A DNA stretch of 64,000 nucleotides from Octopus vulgaris (GCA_951406725.2 OX597816.1:155806001-155870000), one strand, 5' to 3'. Positions 11,690-24,369 are shown, numbered from the stretch's first letter. Notes: generated by a model from the letters alone, not told the origin. Numbers and translations are program-made.

Positions 11690-12727
11690 ATACATATACA
11701 TATATTCCTCCTGATGTTCCCCTCACTGAAGTGGAGCTCTCTCTTCTCAGTAAGGGTCTGTACTTCATATCCCTCACTCCATCCAGTAATGAATTTCAGA
11801 TCTGTACCGATATGCATAGCTTTATATACTGCATCAGGCTATATGCCCTATTCCACAACACTCTACTTGCATCTAATGAAGAGAACTGCTTCACCAGCCT
11901 GGGCTGCTGACCATCGCACTAGATGCCAGTTCCAAGCAGTCGATGATTTTGCAAGCATCTGCCAACATGTTGTGAACCGGTTTAAATTTTGCAGGCGTCC
12001 CCGATATTTTAACATCTCCCTAGCCAAACTCTTGGTCCCTCAATGTCTCCGACACCGCAAAGACATCATCATAAAACTGGCTGATTAGGGTAGAACCGTG
12101 ATGATGTGGTGTGCAGAAGGGTAGAATTGTGGTGGTGTGGTATGCAGACCTCTACAAGACTGAAGCTCTCTGCCAGCTTCAAGACACCTCCTTCCATTGC
12201 CCTCTACCCTCCAACCCCACACCTAACTACCAACAGACTGTGTCCTCCGCTATCCATGATTTCATTTCCTCTCCCATCTCCCTCCCACCACCTCCAACCT
12301 CATTGTCTGCTTTCTACACACCCTCACCATTTACTTCCTTCCCTCCTAAAATTCACAAGCCCAACAACCCTGGCTGCCCCATCGTCTCCGCGTGGAACTG
12401 CCTCACAGAATTGATCTGAAAATACCACGACTGTGTCCTTGCCCACCCCCTAGTGACTTCCCTCCCCTCCCACATCCACGACACTAACCATGCTCTCCGT
12501 CTCTTCAACCGTTTCTCTTTCCCCCCATGCCCCTCTAAACTTCTCTTCACTCTTGATGTCAAGAGTCTATATATGGTGATCCCACACAACGAAGGACTTT
12601 TTGTACTTAAACACTTCCAACCCCCAGCCTGACACCTCCACACTTCTTCATCTGGACAAACTTGTTCTCTCCCTCAACTGCTTCTTGTTTGCGGGGGATT
12701 TTTACCAAAATGTTTCGGGAGTCGCCA

Positions 12728-12730
<3 letters not shown>
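11690..12730 (+). mobile_element. Degenerate Penelope-like element, reverse transcriptase N-terminal half
   Basis: Broken frames give ELSLLSKGLYF, KDIIIKLAD*G..VVVW, PKIHKPNNPGCPIVS, FTLDVKSLY..IPH and LNCFLF..YQNVSGVAM. Confidence 0.8.
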
Positions 12731-12765
<35 letters not shown>

Positions 12766-12965
12766 TGTGTTTGTCCCCCTACCATCACTTGACAACCAAT
12801 GTGGATGTGTTTACATCCCTGTAACTTAGCAGTTTGGCAAAAGTGACCGATAGAATAAGTACTAGGCTTACAAAGAATAAGACAAGGGGTTGATTTCTTC
12901 AACTAAAAGACAGTGCTCCAGAATGGCCACTGTCAAATGACCGAAACAAGTAAGAGAATAAAAGA
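12730..12965 (+). mobile_element. SINE family A, 3' half
   Basis: (TG)n followed by tgtttgtcccc..ttgacaacc..taacttagc..gatagaataagtactaggcttacaaagaataag. Confidence 0.8.
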
Positions 12966-13263
12966 AAATAGGATAAACCAGGTACACACAGCTTGGATTA
13001 ATATCAGAAAATATGGAGAATAAGCTACTGTACAAAATTAGTTTCTGCTGTGATTATATTAGTATTTTAAAAATCTTTCTTTTAATTGTTTCTTTTCTCC
13101 TATCTTCATTTATTTATTTATTTGCAAAACAAAACATTTGTAAAATGCTCTTCAGTTAAAGGGACTGAGCTGAGAATCACTGATATACAAGAAATCTTTT
13201 TTTCCTCAGAGAATTGAAATCATATATTTTGGATCCTTTTAATCTTTTTTTCAATCACCAGAA

Positions 13264-13690
13264 GGTGCAGGAGTGGCTGTGTGGTAAGTTGCTTGCTTAC
13301 CAACCACATGGTTCCGGGTTCAGTCCCACTGCGTGACACCTTGGGCAAGTGTCTTCTACTATAGCCTCTGGCCGACCAAAGCCTTCTGAGTGGATTTGGT
13401 AGATGGAAACTGAAAGAAGCCTGTCGTATATATGTATATATGTGTGTATGCATGTGTGTGTATATATTTGTGTGTGTGTGTGAGTGTGTGTGTGTGTGTG
13501 TCTGTGTTCGTCCCCCCAACATCGCTTGACAACCGATGCTGGTATGTTTGCCTCACCGTAACTTAGCGGTTCAGAGACTGATAGAATAAGTGCTAGGCTT
13601 ACAAAGAATAAGTCCTGAGGTCGATTTGCTCGACTAAAGGCGGTGCTCCAGCATGGCCGCAGTCAAATGACTGAAACAAGTAAAAAGAGA
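13264..13690 (+). mobile_element. SINE family A, full length (tRNA head, CORE-like box, internal microsatellite)
   Basis: A-box TGGCTGTGTGGT, B-box GGTTCAGTCCC, ccttgggcaagtg box, internal (TA)(TG)n, conserved tail. Confidence 0.85.
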
Positions 13691-14027
13691 GAAAGAGTAA
13701 AGAGAAGTTTCTCAGATTTTCTTCAGTGATTTGGCTTTGCATGCTAATTACACAAACCAATTTAATTTTCTCTAGAAATTAGTAATTAAAAAGTTACAAA
13801 TCTTTAGTGTTATGTAATTTCAATTGATTAGAAGCATCCATTGTTGACACACTGGAAGTCACAAATACTTAAGTGTAGAAAACCTGGAAAATTTCTCTCA
13901 GGTGGAAAAATTTTAAGATATACTCCTTCCAGACATTTATGAAATTGTTTGAAATCTATTTTATTGATAAAATAAGGGTGCTCAGAAACAAAATAATATA
14001 TATTTCTTATGTGTCTGTCTTTTGCAG

Positions 14028-14158
14028 CTGCTGGAATCCCTGGGAATTCAATTTTGACATATGTTATTGAAATTGTTTCTATTGAAGATGGTCCAGAAAT
14101 ACCTGATACTTTTTCATTAATTGATGCGAATGATGACAAACGACTGTCAAAGGAGGAG
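14028..14158 (+). CDS. FKBP14: FKBP14-like coding exon 3 (end of FKBP domain + EF-hand 1)
   Basis: TTTGCAG acceptor, GAG|GTAAAT donor, 131 nt. Encodes PAGIPGNSILTYVIEIVSIEDGPEIPDTFSLIDANDDKRLSKEE. Not called on + in the ORF track. Confidence 0.92.
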
Positions 14159-14373
14159 GTAAATCTAATTACTTGATATGTATGAATGAATGTTGTTTTG
14201 GCATCCTTGAATCCTTCATCCTGACCAGTGTGTCTTAGCTACAATGTCATGTGTCATTGGTAGATAATACCATGATGACATTTTCGGACAACTGCTTATG
14301 CATCCATCCATCCATACATACATCTTCAGTGTATGTACGTATGTATGTGTGTGTTTGTGTTTCTGTTTGTCTT

Positions 14374-14423
<50 letters not shown>

Positions 14424-14778
14424 TCTCTCTATGATGACTGGTGTTTCTTTGAGCCCCTATGAGTTAGTGGTTTAGTAAAGAGTCTGAGAGAATAAGTACC
14501 AGACCTATAATAATGTTGATTTTCTTCAACTGAATCCTTTAGGACCTGGCAAGGCCAGGATCCACACCAGGTTCCATAGTCTATTTTGGCTTGGTTTCTT
14601 CGCCTGGATGCCCTTCCTAATGCCAGGCACTTTACAGAGTGTACCAGTGTTGTTTTATGCACAAAATCATATTTAACCTGTTTGGGTGTATTTGGACATG
14701 ACGAGACATTTTGCTGCAGAAGTAGTCTCAGGAAAAAAATTTTCATTGTCACATGTCTGTTCCAGGTTCTGTCCCATT

Positions 14779-14948
14779 GAAGCACCAGCTTTTAGTTGAA
14801 GACGTTGACCCATGAACTTATTCTTGATAAGCCTGGTACTTATTCTATTGGTCTATTATGCTGAACTGCCAGGTTATGGGGATGTAAACACACCAACATT
14901 GGTTGTCAAGTGATGGTGGCAGGACAAACACAAACACACAAATATACA

Positions 14949-15034
<86 letters not shown>

Positions 15035-15154
15035 AAGCTTTGAACAACCTGAGGATGTGGTAGAAGTCACTTGCCCAAGGTGCCACACAATGGGACTGAA
15101 CCCTGAGCCATGTAGTTGGGAAGCAAGCTTCTTTACCATACAGCCATATCTGCA

Positions 15155-15156
<2 letters not shown>
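14779..15156 (-). mobile_element. SINE family A
   Basis: Reverse complement of the family A sequence (cacttgcccaaggtgccac..gggactgaacc..accatacagcc). Confidence 0.8.
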
Positions 15157-15196
<40 letters not shown>

Positions 15197-15299
15197 TATA
15201 GAAAATCACACTCATGTATATATATCTATAATTTGCATGTTTATGCATATGTGTGTGCTTGTTTATGTAAAGAATGTGTAGAAGAATGCTAAACCATGG

Positions 15300-15712
15300 T
15301 GTAAATACCAATTTCTTTACTACCCACAAGGAGCTAAACACAGAGAGAACAAACAATGACAGACAAACAGATTAAGTCGATTATATTGACCCCATTGCAT
15401 AACTGGTACTTATTTAATCGAGCTGAAAGGATGAAAGGCAAAGTCGACATCGGCGGAATTTGAACTCAGAACGTAATGGCAGACGAAATACCTATTTCTT
15501 TACTACCCACAAGGGGCTAAACACAGAGGAGACAAACAAGGACAGACAGATGGATTAAGTCGATTATATCGACCCCAGTGCATAACTGGTACTTAATTTA
15601 TCAACCCTGAGAGGATGAAAGGCAAAGTCGAACTCAGCGGAATTTGAATTCAGAACGTAGCGGCAGACAAAATTCCACTAAGCATTTCGCCTGATGTGCT
15701 AACGTTTCTGGT
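15300..15712 (-). mobile_element. SINE family B, two tandem copies
   Basis: Twice-repeated tttctttactacccacaagg..gattaagtcgattat..gaaaggatgaaaggcaaagtcgac..ggaatttgaactcagaacg. The B-box GAGTTCAAATTCC is on the minus strand. Confidence 0.8.
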
Positions 15713-15778
15713 GTAAATAGCCACCATGTCATGCAGAGTTAAATCCAAATCTTAAACCTCAATTCCTCCATCCAGTAG

Positions 15779-16170
15779 TTGTTTCAGTCATTTTGACTGC
15801 TGCCATGATGGGGCACCATCTTGAAGGATTTTGGTCAAACAAATTGACCCCAGGACTTATGTTTTTAGGCCTAGTACTTATTTTATTGGTCTCTTTTGAT
15901 GTACCTCTAAGTTACAGGGACATAAACATGCCAACACCAGTGGTCAAGTGGTGGTGGGGGACAAACACAGACATGCACACATACGGAGACACACACACAC
16001 ATATATAACATGGATTTCTTTCAATTTCCATCTACCAAATCCACTCACAAGTCTTTGGTGGGCCTGAGGCTATAGCAGAAGATACTTGTCCAAGGTGCCA
16101 CACAGTGGCACAGAACCTGGAACCATGAAGTTGGGAAGCAAGCTTCTTACCACACAGCTATGGCTGCACC
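15779..16170 (-). mobile_element. SINE family A
   Basis: Reverse complement of the full family A layout. Confidence 0.8.
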
Positions 16171-17389
16171 TATACATATAAATTGTATTCACCTCAATAG
16201 ATGTCATTGATTGGTTGAAATTGCCGAAATGCAAGAAATTAAACAACAAATAGCTTACAAACTACAGAATTTTCTCAAGAAAGCCAAGAGAAAAAAATGT
16301 TTTATGTAACATACTACCAGTATATTAAGTTTAAAAGTGTTTAGTTACAAAGAAATTATTTTAAAAATCTGCCGGTCAAAGTGAAAAGATCCAAGTGATG
16401 TAATCAAGTCTTATATTTACAACTGTTTCAAATTAATCAATGACTGGAGAAACTGTTGACTCTGAGATTCAATCCACTACCAGACTGTTGAGCGCAGGAG
16501 GTAGACTTTGAAAGCTGCTACCTGCAAAGTGGGAGATTCTGTTTACAAATCAACTGAGTGCCTGACACTGAGACTCAGAGGATTAACTCTCACAGTGTGG
16601 GTCAAGCCAAATTATGCATTTGGAGATTTGTCTAGGACTAAGTGCTATATTCTAAATGGCACACTCAGTCAGATTTTCAAATACGTAATATAATACTTAA
16701 AATATAATGCTTAAAAACTGACTATTGGGCAATGATGAAAAGACATAACAAACACGGGCAGGCGAAATGAGGTTACTCTGAAGAATCTCTAGAATAATGC
16801 TACTAGACAGGGTGTACAGCTCAAAGAATAGGAATCTCTCCAGGTGAAGCTGTTATTTCTCTGCACTGAGAAGTACTGCAGACATGTGATGAGAATGTCA
16901 CAGGAAAGCTGACCCAACTATCAGGAGACCAAAAGTTTGAACAAGAAAGAGATGACTGGATAATCTCCTTGCTTTCAGTTCGGTCAAGCTTGGGAATCCA
17001 GCTGGAAATAATTAATGATGGTTGCTTCAGAACAGTGTTGTATATCTCTTACAACAAATCACATACATATTAGCAGCTCATTTTCTCTGACAGAATACAC
17101 CTGCTTTTTGAGAGTATCAATGTGATATCATATATCAATCTCTTCTCTCACTATCTCTCACTCTCTCCCATCTCATCCCTCTCTCTCTCTCTCTACTTGG
17201 TATAATGAAAGTGTAATGATGGTTGCTCCTGAAGGAGGAGGTGTTTTAGGACTCTATCGCCATGATGATTCACCCAGGAATAAAGAGCAGAGAAGATGGA
17301 TGGTTGGATGATATAATACTTACAAACTTGTTAAAAAAACAAATGGTTGAATCTGTTTAACTCCCTCATGTATCTTGTTTATTTGACAG

Positions 17390-17539
17390 GTTCAAATCTT
17401 CTTTCGGGAACAGGACAAAACTATTGGAGCTTCAAATCACATTGAATCAATGAACCTAATGTTTATGTATGAAGACATTGATAAGGATGGTTATATATCA
17501 CATTTTGAATTCAACGGACCAAAACATGTTGAACTTTAA
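17390..17539 (+). CDS. FKBP14: FKBP14-like coding exon 4 (EF-hand 2 + ER retention signal HVEL, stop)
   Basis: GACAG acceptor. Encodes VQIFFREQDKTIGASNHIESMNLMFMYEDIDKDGYISHFEFNGPKHVEL*. Spliced CDS is 215+146+131+150=642 nt = 213 aa + stop. Confidence 0.92.
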   Translation, partial: VQIFFREQDKTIGASNHIESMNLMFMYEDIDKDGYISHFEFNGPKHVEL

Positions 17540-17720
17540 TCATTTCATTTATGGCTTAATTCCATTATTTCATAATGAATAGATTCATTTATTGGAGAAC
17601 CATTATGTATAATTCAACTAAGAGAAAATATTTCCCATATAAACACATGTAAATTTCCCATTTATAATTTAGTAATAAAGTGACATACAATTATGTTCCT
17701 GAAATGCACATACACACACC

Positions 17721-17751
<31 letters not shown>

Positions 17752-18162
17752 CATGTGTGTATATATGTGTGTGTGTGTGTGTGTGTGTGCGTGTGTGCTA
17801 GGGATGTGCCATCTAGGTAGGCAGTGCCTACCTTGGATAAAATAAATTGATAGCAACATTTTCCTTTCATGGCAAAATATGTACATAATTCAATAAAATT
17901 ATGATCACTATATATAAAATGCAAAATATTTTATTTCTTTATAGATTAGTTAGGCATAATTTATCCTTGTTTTTCAATCTCAGTATTTAAATTATGCGTA
18001 GTACTGCTGTAGTACACATGCCGCATACATTCCTACAACAATGTTTTCTTTATGTGCTATAAAAGCAGAAATAAATCTGCTTCGTATGTTTTACAACATA
18101 AAGGTCACCAACTGCCTACCCTGAGTAATTGAGTAATTACTGTCTGGCACATGTATATATAT

Positions 18163-18204
<42 letters not shown>

Positions 18205-18205
<1 letters not shown>

Positions 18206-18395
18206 GCTTAGCGGTATTTCGTCTGTCGTTATGTTGTGAGTTCAAATTCCGCCGAGGTCGACTTTGCCTTTCATCCTTTCGGGGTCGATAAATTAAGTAC
18301 CAGTTATGCACTGGGGTCGATGTAATCGACTTAATCCCTTTGTCTGTCCTTGTTTGTCCCCTCTATGTTTAGCCCCTTGTGGGTAGTAAAGAAAT
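18205..18395 (+). mobile_element. SINE family B
   Basis: gcttagcggtatttcgtc..gagttcaaattccgccgaggtcgactttgcctttcatcctttcggggtcgataaattaagtaccag. Confidence 0.8.
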
Positions 18396-18493
18396 ATATA
18401 ATTAAATAAGGGTAGAAATTGATATTAATCAATTAAAACCAGTGGCTTAGCATATTTAAAAAAAATCTGAAGATTAAAAGTTGTTTCACACTG

Positions 18494-18607
18494 AACATAG
18501 ACGTCAAATCGCCAATACCACGAAGAATGTGTTGTCAAGAAAAATCTCAGCTGAGATTTTTCTTGACAACACATTCTTCGTGGTATTGGCGATTTGACGT
18601 CTATGTT
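18494..18607. repeat. Perfect 114-bp palindrome with no spacer
   Basis: The 57-nt arm aacatag...aaaatctcag is the exact reverse complement of ctgagatttt...ctatgtt. Confidence 0.97.
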
Positions 18608-18899
18608 TAACATATATATACTGTTGTGTCTGGGGAGAGTCATTTTCCTTTTGTACCATATAATTTAACACACTCACTGGTAAAGTTTCCACTTATTTCT
18701 TATTTTTATTTTCCTAAAATTTTCCTAGCGTCTTGCAACCTTTTCAGTAGTTTTGACTCTGTCTGTTATTTACACTGCGTTCCTTTTTGTTTGTTTGTGT
18801 GTATGTGTGTGTGCCTATGCATGTATGTATGCATGTGTGTGTATGTATATGTGTGTGTGTATGCATATGTATATATGTATGTGCATCTGTATGTATGTA

Positions 18900-19335
18900 T
18901 CAACTTGTTGCTGCTCGAATGGCAGGCGCTAGCATAATGAAAGCAGCCAAAATGTTTGGTGTATCAAGAGGTACTGTATTGAAAGTAATGATAAGCGTTT
19001 GAGAAAGAGGGAAAAAACTCCTGATGGAAACAAAACTCCGGAAGGAATCCAAAACTTTCAGAAAGGAACTGCCAGATTCTTACACAAGTTGTTAGAAAGG
19101 ATCACAAAAGTGCAGCTCCCAAAATTACTGCAGAGCTTAATGACCACCTTGAGAACCCAGTTTCCACAAAGACTGTACAGAGGGAGCTGCACAAAATCTG
19201 ATTTCTTGGGAGGGCTGCAATCAGAAAACCACTACTTTCAAAATCAAGCATTGCAAAGTGTTTAGAGTGTACAGAAGTGATCCCTAGGGTAGTGGAAGAA
19301 TGTTATTTTCTTGGACGAGTCATCCTTTACCTCAT
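18900..19335 (+). mobile_element. Tc1-like transposase N-terminal fragment (decayed)
   Basis: ARMAGASIMKAAKMFGVSRGTV (HTH), SGRNPKLSER, KITAELNDHLENPVSTKTVQRELH and WKNVIFLDESSF across frameshifts. Confidence 0.8.
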
Positions 19336-19809
19336 TTCTGATATATATTTATGTATCCCTTTCTCCTTTACTCTCTCTCGTTGCTCACACGTGACCATCG
19401 TCCAACTTTCTTTTCCTCACATGATCATCTTTCTTTTCCTTCAGTGCTGTCATACAGACTGCACGTAATATGTCTCCTCTTCTATCTTTTCTCTTGTCAA
19501 AGACAATATTTCTCCAGTGATCGCTATGACTCTCAATATTTGTTTACGTTTGGTTTCCTTGTATGTCTCCACTATCCTGTTTTTGTTACCAACTTTGACC
19601 CTCTGCAAAATCCTAAATTTTATTTTTGCTTTTGTGGGAGCAACTGCCTTCAAGGTCTCATATTGCCATTCAATGCTTGAAATGAGGGGTAGATAGACAG
19701 CCAACAACTGATGAAGGGTCGTTCTTTATGTTACTTGTCTTGTTTTCCATTTGTTTCTCTCATTTTTTGCGTACCCAACTTTATATATATATATATATAT
19801 ATATAAAAT

Positions 19810-22072
19810 CTGCAGCTGGTGCAAATGCCTATCCAGACCTAGGGTGATGTGGTGGTGGAATGATGCTGTAGTCAGGGCCATTAGAGCAAAGGAACAGGCC
19901 TAGAAGGCCTGGAAGAGTGGGGGTAGCAGGGAACTCTATCAAATAACCAGAAGGGATGCTAGGAGATAGATCTATCTAGTCAAGGGAGAAGCAGAAAAGA
20001 AGTTTGCCTATGTTCAGTGATGTGAGGCCAAAGACAGGAAGTGTTTCGGTTTGAGAGAAGATGGTGATTTTATAGGAGAGAAATGTGTTCGGATGGATGA
20101 TGACACACTTACATTTAATGATTTTGCAAAGAAAGCAGTTTGGAAATGCCATTATGAAAGACTACTGAACGTGGAAAATGACTGGATGAGGAGAGTCTGA
20201 CAAATGTTGACCCAGTTGAGGGGCCAGCTATCCGAATCAACAGTACCTTGGTAGATAAAGCAATTAAAGATAGGAAGACAGGGAAAGGCCCCAGCTTATC
20301 GGGAATTACAGCTGAAATGCTTAAAATATCTGGTGATGTAGGTAATGGTCTAGTCTCTCATATTACAAACCTGGTGGTTCATGAAGGAGCCATACTCAAA
20401 GACTGGTGTAGCAGCACCATAGTCAACTGCTACAAAGGTGATGTCTTAGATAGAAATAATTATAATGGTATCGAATTGTTGGAGCAGCTGATGAAAGTTA
20501 CAGAGAAGGTCATAGCTCAACTAATTAAGGAGAAAATTAGTCTAGATGAGATGCAGTTTGGTTTTGTGTCAGGGAGAAGCACCACTGAGTCTATATTTCA
20601 GGCAAGGCAGTTGCATGAGAAATACATAGCCAAAAATAAACCTCTGTACTTGGCTTTTGTTGACTTGGAGAAAGTCTTTGACAGGGTCCCCCGATCCCTT
20701 ATCTGGTGGTCAATGCGGAAACTATGGATAGACGAGTAGTTGCTGAGAGAAGTACAAGCCATGTACAGAGACGTTACCTGTAAAGTGAGGATTGGCAATG
20801 AATATAGTGAAAAATTCAGGGCACAAGTAGGGGGTTCACCAAGGATCAGTGTCCAGCCCCCCGCTTGTTCATCATAGTCCTCCAGGTAATAACAGGAATT
20901 CAAAACGGGTTGCTCCTGGAAGCTCCTCTATGCTGATGACCTTGTTCTTATAGCTGAATCACTACCAGGACTAGAGTAGAAGTTTCAGGCCTGGAAGCAA
21001 GGTCTAGAATCGAAGAGCCTTAGAGTTAACCTAGCAAAAACCAAAGTCTTAGTAAGTTAGCAGGCAGACAAACCACATATCCCTTCAGGTAGATGATCCT
21101 GCTCAATCTGTAGTAGAGGCGTATGTATAAACTCTATAAGATGTACCTGGTGTAAGATTTGGACACATAAAAGGTGCTTCAACAGCAGATGAAGGATAAC
21201 AGGGAAAATTGCTTTTGTGTGTAGAAGATACACAGGTACACACACCGAAAATGTGCTGAAAATAGTCTCCAAAAACTGTCAGCTAGAGATATTAGTTAGC
21301 TTCCTTTATCTAGGTGACCAAGTTAGTAGTGGAAGTTGATGCTCTGAGAGCGTAGCTGTGAGAATAAGATTAGGCTGGATAAAGTTCGGAGAACTCCCAC
21401 CTCTGCTGGCAGCAAAGGACCTCTCTCTCAGAGTGAAAGGCAGATTGTATGATGCCTGTGTGCGAACAGCTATACTACACAGCAGTGAAACATGGGCTGT
21501 GACAGTCGAGGACATGTGTAGCCTTGAGAGAAATGAAGTCAGTATGCTTTGCTGGATATGCAATGTCAGTGTACATGTTCGACAGAGTGTAAGAATCTTG
21601 GGAGAAAAGTTGGGAATAAGAGGCATCAGATGTGATGCGCAAAATAGTCTACTGCGCTGGTATGGTCATGTAATGCATATGGATGAGGACAGCTATGTAA
21701 AGAAGTGCCGATCTGTAACTGTGGAACGAACCTGTGGTAGAGGTTAATCCTGGAAAACATGGGAAGAGGTGGTAAAGCATAACTTTCGAACTTTGGGCTT
21801 CATGGAGGCAATGACCGAGACCTTTGGCATTATGCCGTGCTTGAGAAGAGCCATCAAACCAAGAAAATCACAGTGGTGGAGGATACTGGTGTCATGAAAA
21901 TGGCACCCATGCTGGTGGCATATAAAGCACCCATTACACTCTTGGAGTGGTCTGTGTTTGGAAGGGTATCCAGCCGCAGAAACTACGCCAAATCAGACTG
22001 GAGTGTGGTGCAGCCTTTCAACTTGCCAGCCCTGGTCAAACCGTTCAACCCATGCCAACATAAATGATGATG
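19810..22072 (+). mobile_element. RTE-clade LINE, 5'-truncated and degenerate
   Basis: RT motifs EMQFGFVSGRSTTESIF, LAFVDLEKVFDRVPR, LLYADDLVL, YLGD and LRWYGHV. Ends in a (TGA)n tail. Confidence 0.88.
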
Positions 22073-23238
22073 ATATATATATAACATAATATATACACTT
22101 ATCCATCCATCCATCCATTCATCCACCCATCCATACTTACATACATACCACCCACACACACACACAAAGAAAGAAAAACAGAAATGCATTTAAACTAAGG
22201 GAAATAACCTTTCATTTATACTTGTGAGTTATCTTTCTTAGACGTCTGACAAGTTTGATTTGATTCGTCAGGGTCGAAATAATTCAACCGATGTTGGTGT
22301 TGTTAAACCCCCAGTTCAGACCTGATTGTGTAAACATATAATCGATTAATAGTATTCCAACCAGATCATCTCTATTTAACTATGTGGAGAAAGTACAGGA
22401 CTGCATTATTCAAAGTATTGCTTTGTTAATACCAACTCCCTCCATCTCATCTATGTCTGCTCAACTTCCACCCTACCGTGCACACACACTTCACTAATGC
22501 ACACCTTTCACCCTTATTCCAACATCCGATACATTCATATACACACCAGCCCCTCCCTCTCTTATTTGCTCTTACCCGTATTAGAGCAATCCCATGTCAT
22601 TTCTAACCCTTTGTCTTTCTTTCTTTGTTTTTCAAGCACTGAATGTTTCTCTTTCTCACCCCTATGATTTTTGTTTTGGTTTTTTTATCTTTTCTTCTGA
22701 TGAAGGACTAACGTTGAGACGCTCGTATTCCCCATTGAAACGTTAAACTAGTATCATTTTTATCAAACCCTATTTACCTTGTGTTATCTTTCTTAACGTT
22801 TATTCTTTGTACTCAGATGCACATTCTCACAAATACATGCCATGTATCTCCACCAATCATTCAGGCTTGGTGCATACCGTTAGATGTATTTACAAAAACC
22901 AGGACGCTGGTCTATGAGAAAATATGAGAAGAAACATAAGTCACATCACGAGCCCTCTCCAGTTGTAAATGTCGAGACCTGAAGCTTGCCCACTTGATCT
23001 GGTGTGTCTTTCTTCTCTTTCTGCTTTTTGCATCAACTTCAGGGTTTTTCTTCCCATTTTTTCTCATGTTTCCTCATAGACCAGTATCCTGGTTTTTTTT
23101 TTAAAATATGTCTAACAGTACGCACTGAGCATCAGACATTGCTTGGAGATACATATCATGGCATATAAATCTGCTGAATTATTGTAATCCTACAGCACGA
23201 AACTGTTAGTAACTCTATTTTAAGCTTTGTATATTAAA

Positions 23239-23275
<37 letters not shown>

Positions 23276-24369
23276 TACACTTATATTTGCAATCAATTTG
23301 CAGATGCAAGTGTCACCAGTTGAAATCTCCGTATACCAGATGTTAGCAAGTTCATAGGGTCATCAGGACAGAATGCATGCTGTTTCGGGGCCTTCCTCTT
23401 GATGGTATTATTGCGGACTGCCCCACTTACTGAGCTGAGGCCCCACTTGCTAGATCAACTGTTTACTAGGTTTCACTCAATATTCTTCTAGTAATTTCTC
23501 ATTGTCTGTTTTGAATCAAATCCAGTGGTTTGCCTTCTCCACTGCAGTCTGGATATCACTCATGATGGCATATGCTTTACAATGGGTTGGACATAGAGAC
23601 AACAACAATCACCTGATGCTCAGTCCAATGAATTCGCTGCATCCAGCTTCAGTTGGAAAATGCTCTGCTTTCCAACCTTTGTCTTTAAATTCCTCAAAGT
23701 CAGTTTTATAATGGACGATCTTTCGACTCTAATCGGCATTCATGTTATCTTCATGAGAAACCATTAACCTGAATATATTTACTACTTTCTTCTTTTTTCG
23801 CACCATATAATAATATCTGGTTTCTTAATAATTGCAATGAGGATGAAGTCATGGCACCCTGGTAAATTTGCAGCCACTTCTCAGTAGCTGTTCCACTTTT
23901 CCTCGTTCGCAGGAAGTTTCTTCTTCAAATGGATCTGCTGTCTTGAATGCATGAAGGCAATGAAATCTCTGGTTCGTTTCTTCAATTTGGTTCTTTGTAG
24001 CATTGAAGAGGACCTTGAGGACCAGAATATGTTTCCATATATATGTATATTCAATGTCAGTGAACAGTTGGAAAGAATATGTTTCATTGTTCTGACTTTT
24101 CTGCATATGCATTTATCATTCTCTGATACATTGCCTGCATACTAGGTATGTAGGCGATGGCAAGGCATTGTAGGATGTATGAATCAGAAAAATCAGATGT
24201 GATGTATATCACTTCAAGATTCCGTTGCAACTAATTTTCCTCTCAACTACCTGTTCCTCCCATCTATCCTTAAGAGCATTGAATCAAATGACGTTTTCTT
24301 CTCTTTGTTTCCCTAGCTTTTATGATGTTGCTAACAACAAATCTGCAATCACTCTGCATTTTGACTACT

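Noticed and set aside
13264-13340. tRNA genes at SINE heads (also 8977, 26856, 46864, 48735)
   Set aside because: They have A/B boxes but no complete cloverleaf and continue into SINE bodies.
13828-14139. 103-aa minus-strand ORF
   Set aside because: Antisense shadow of FKBP exon 3 and its intron.
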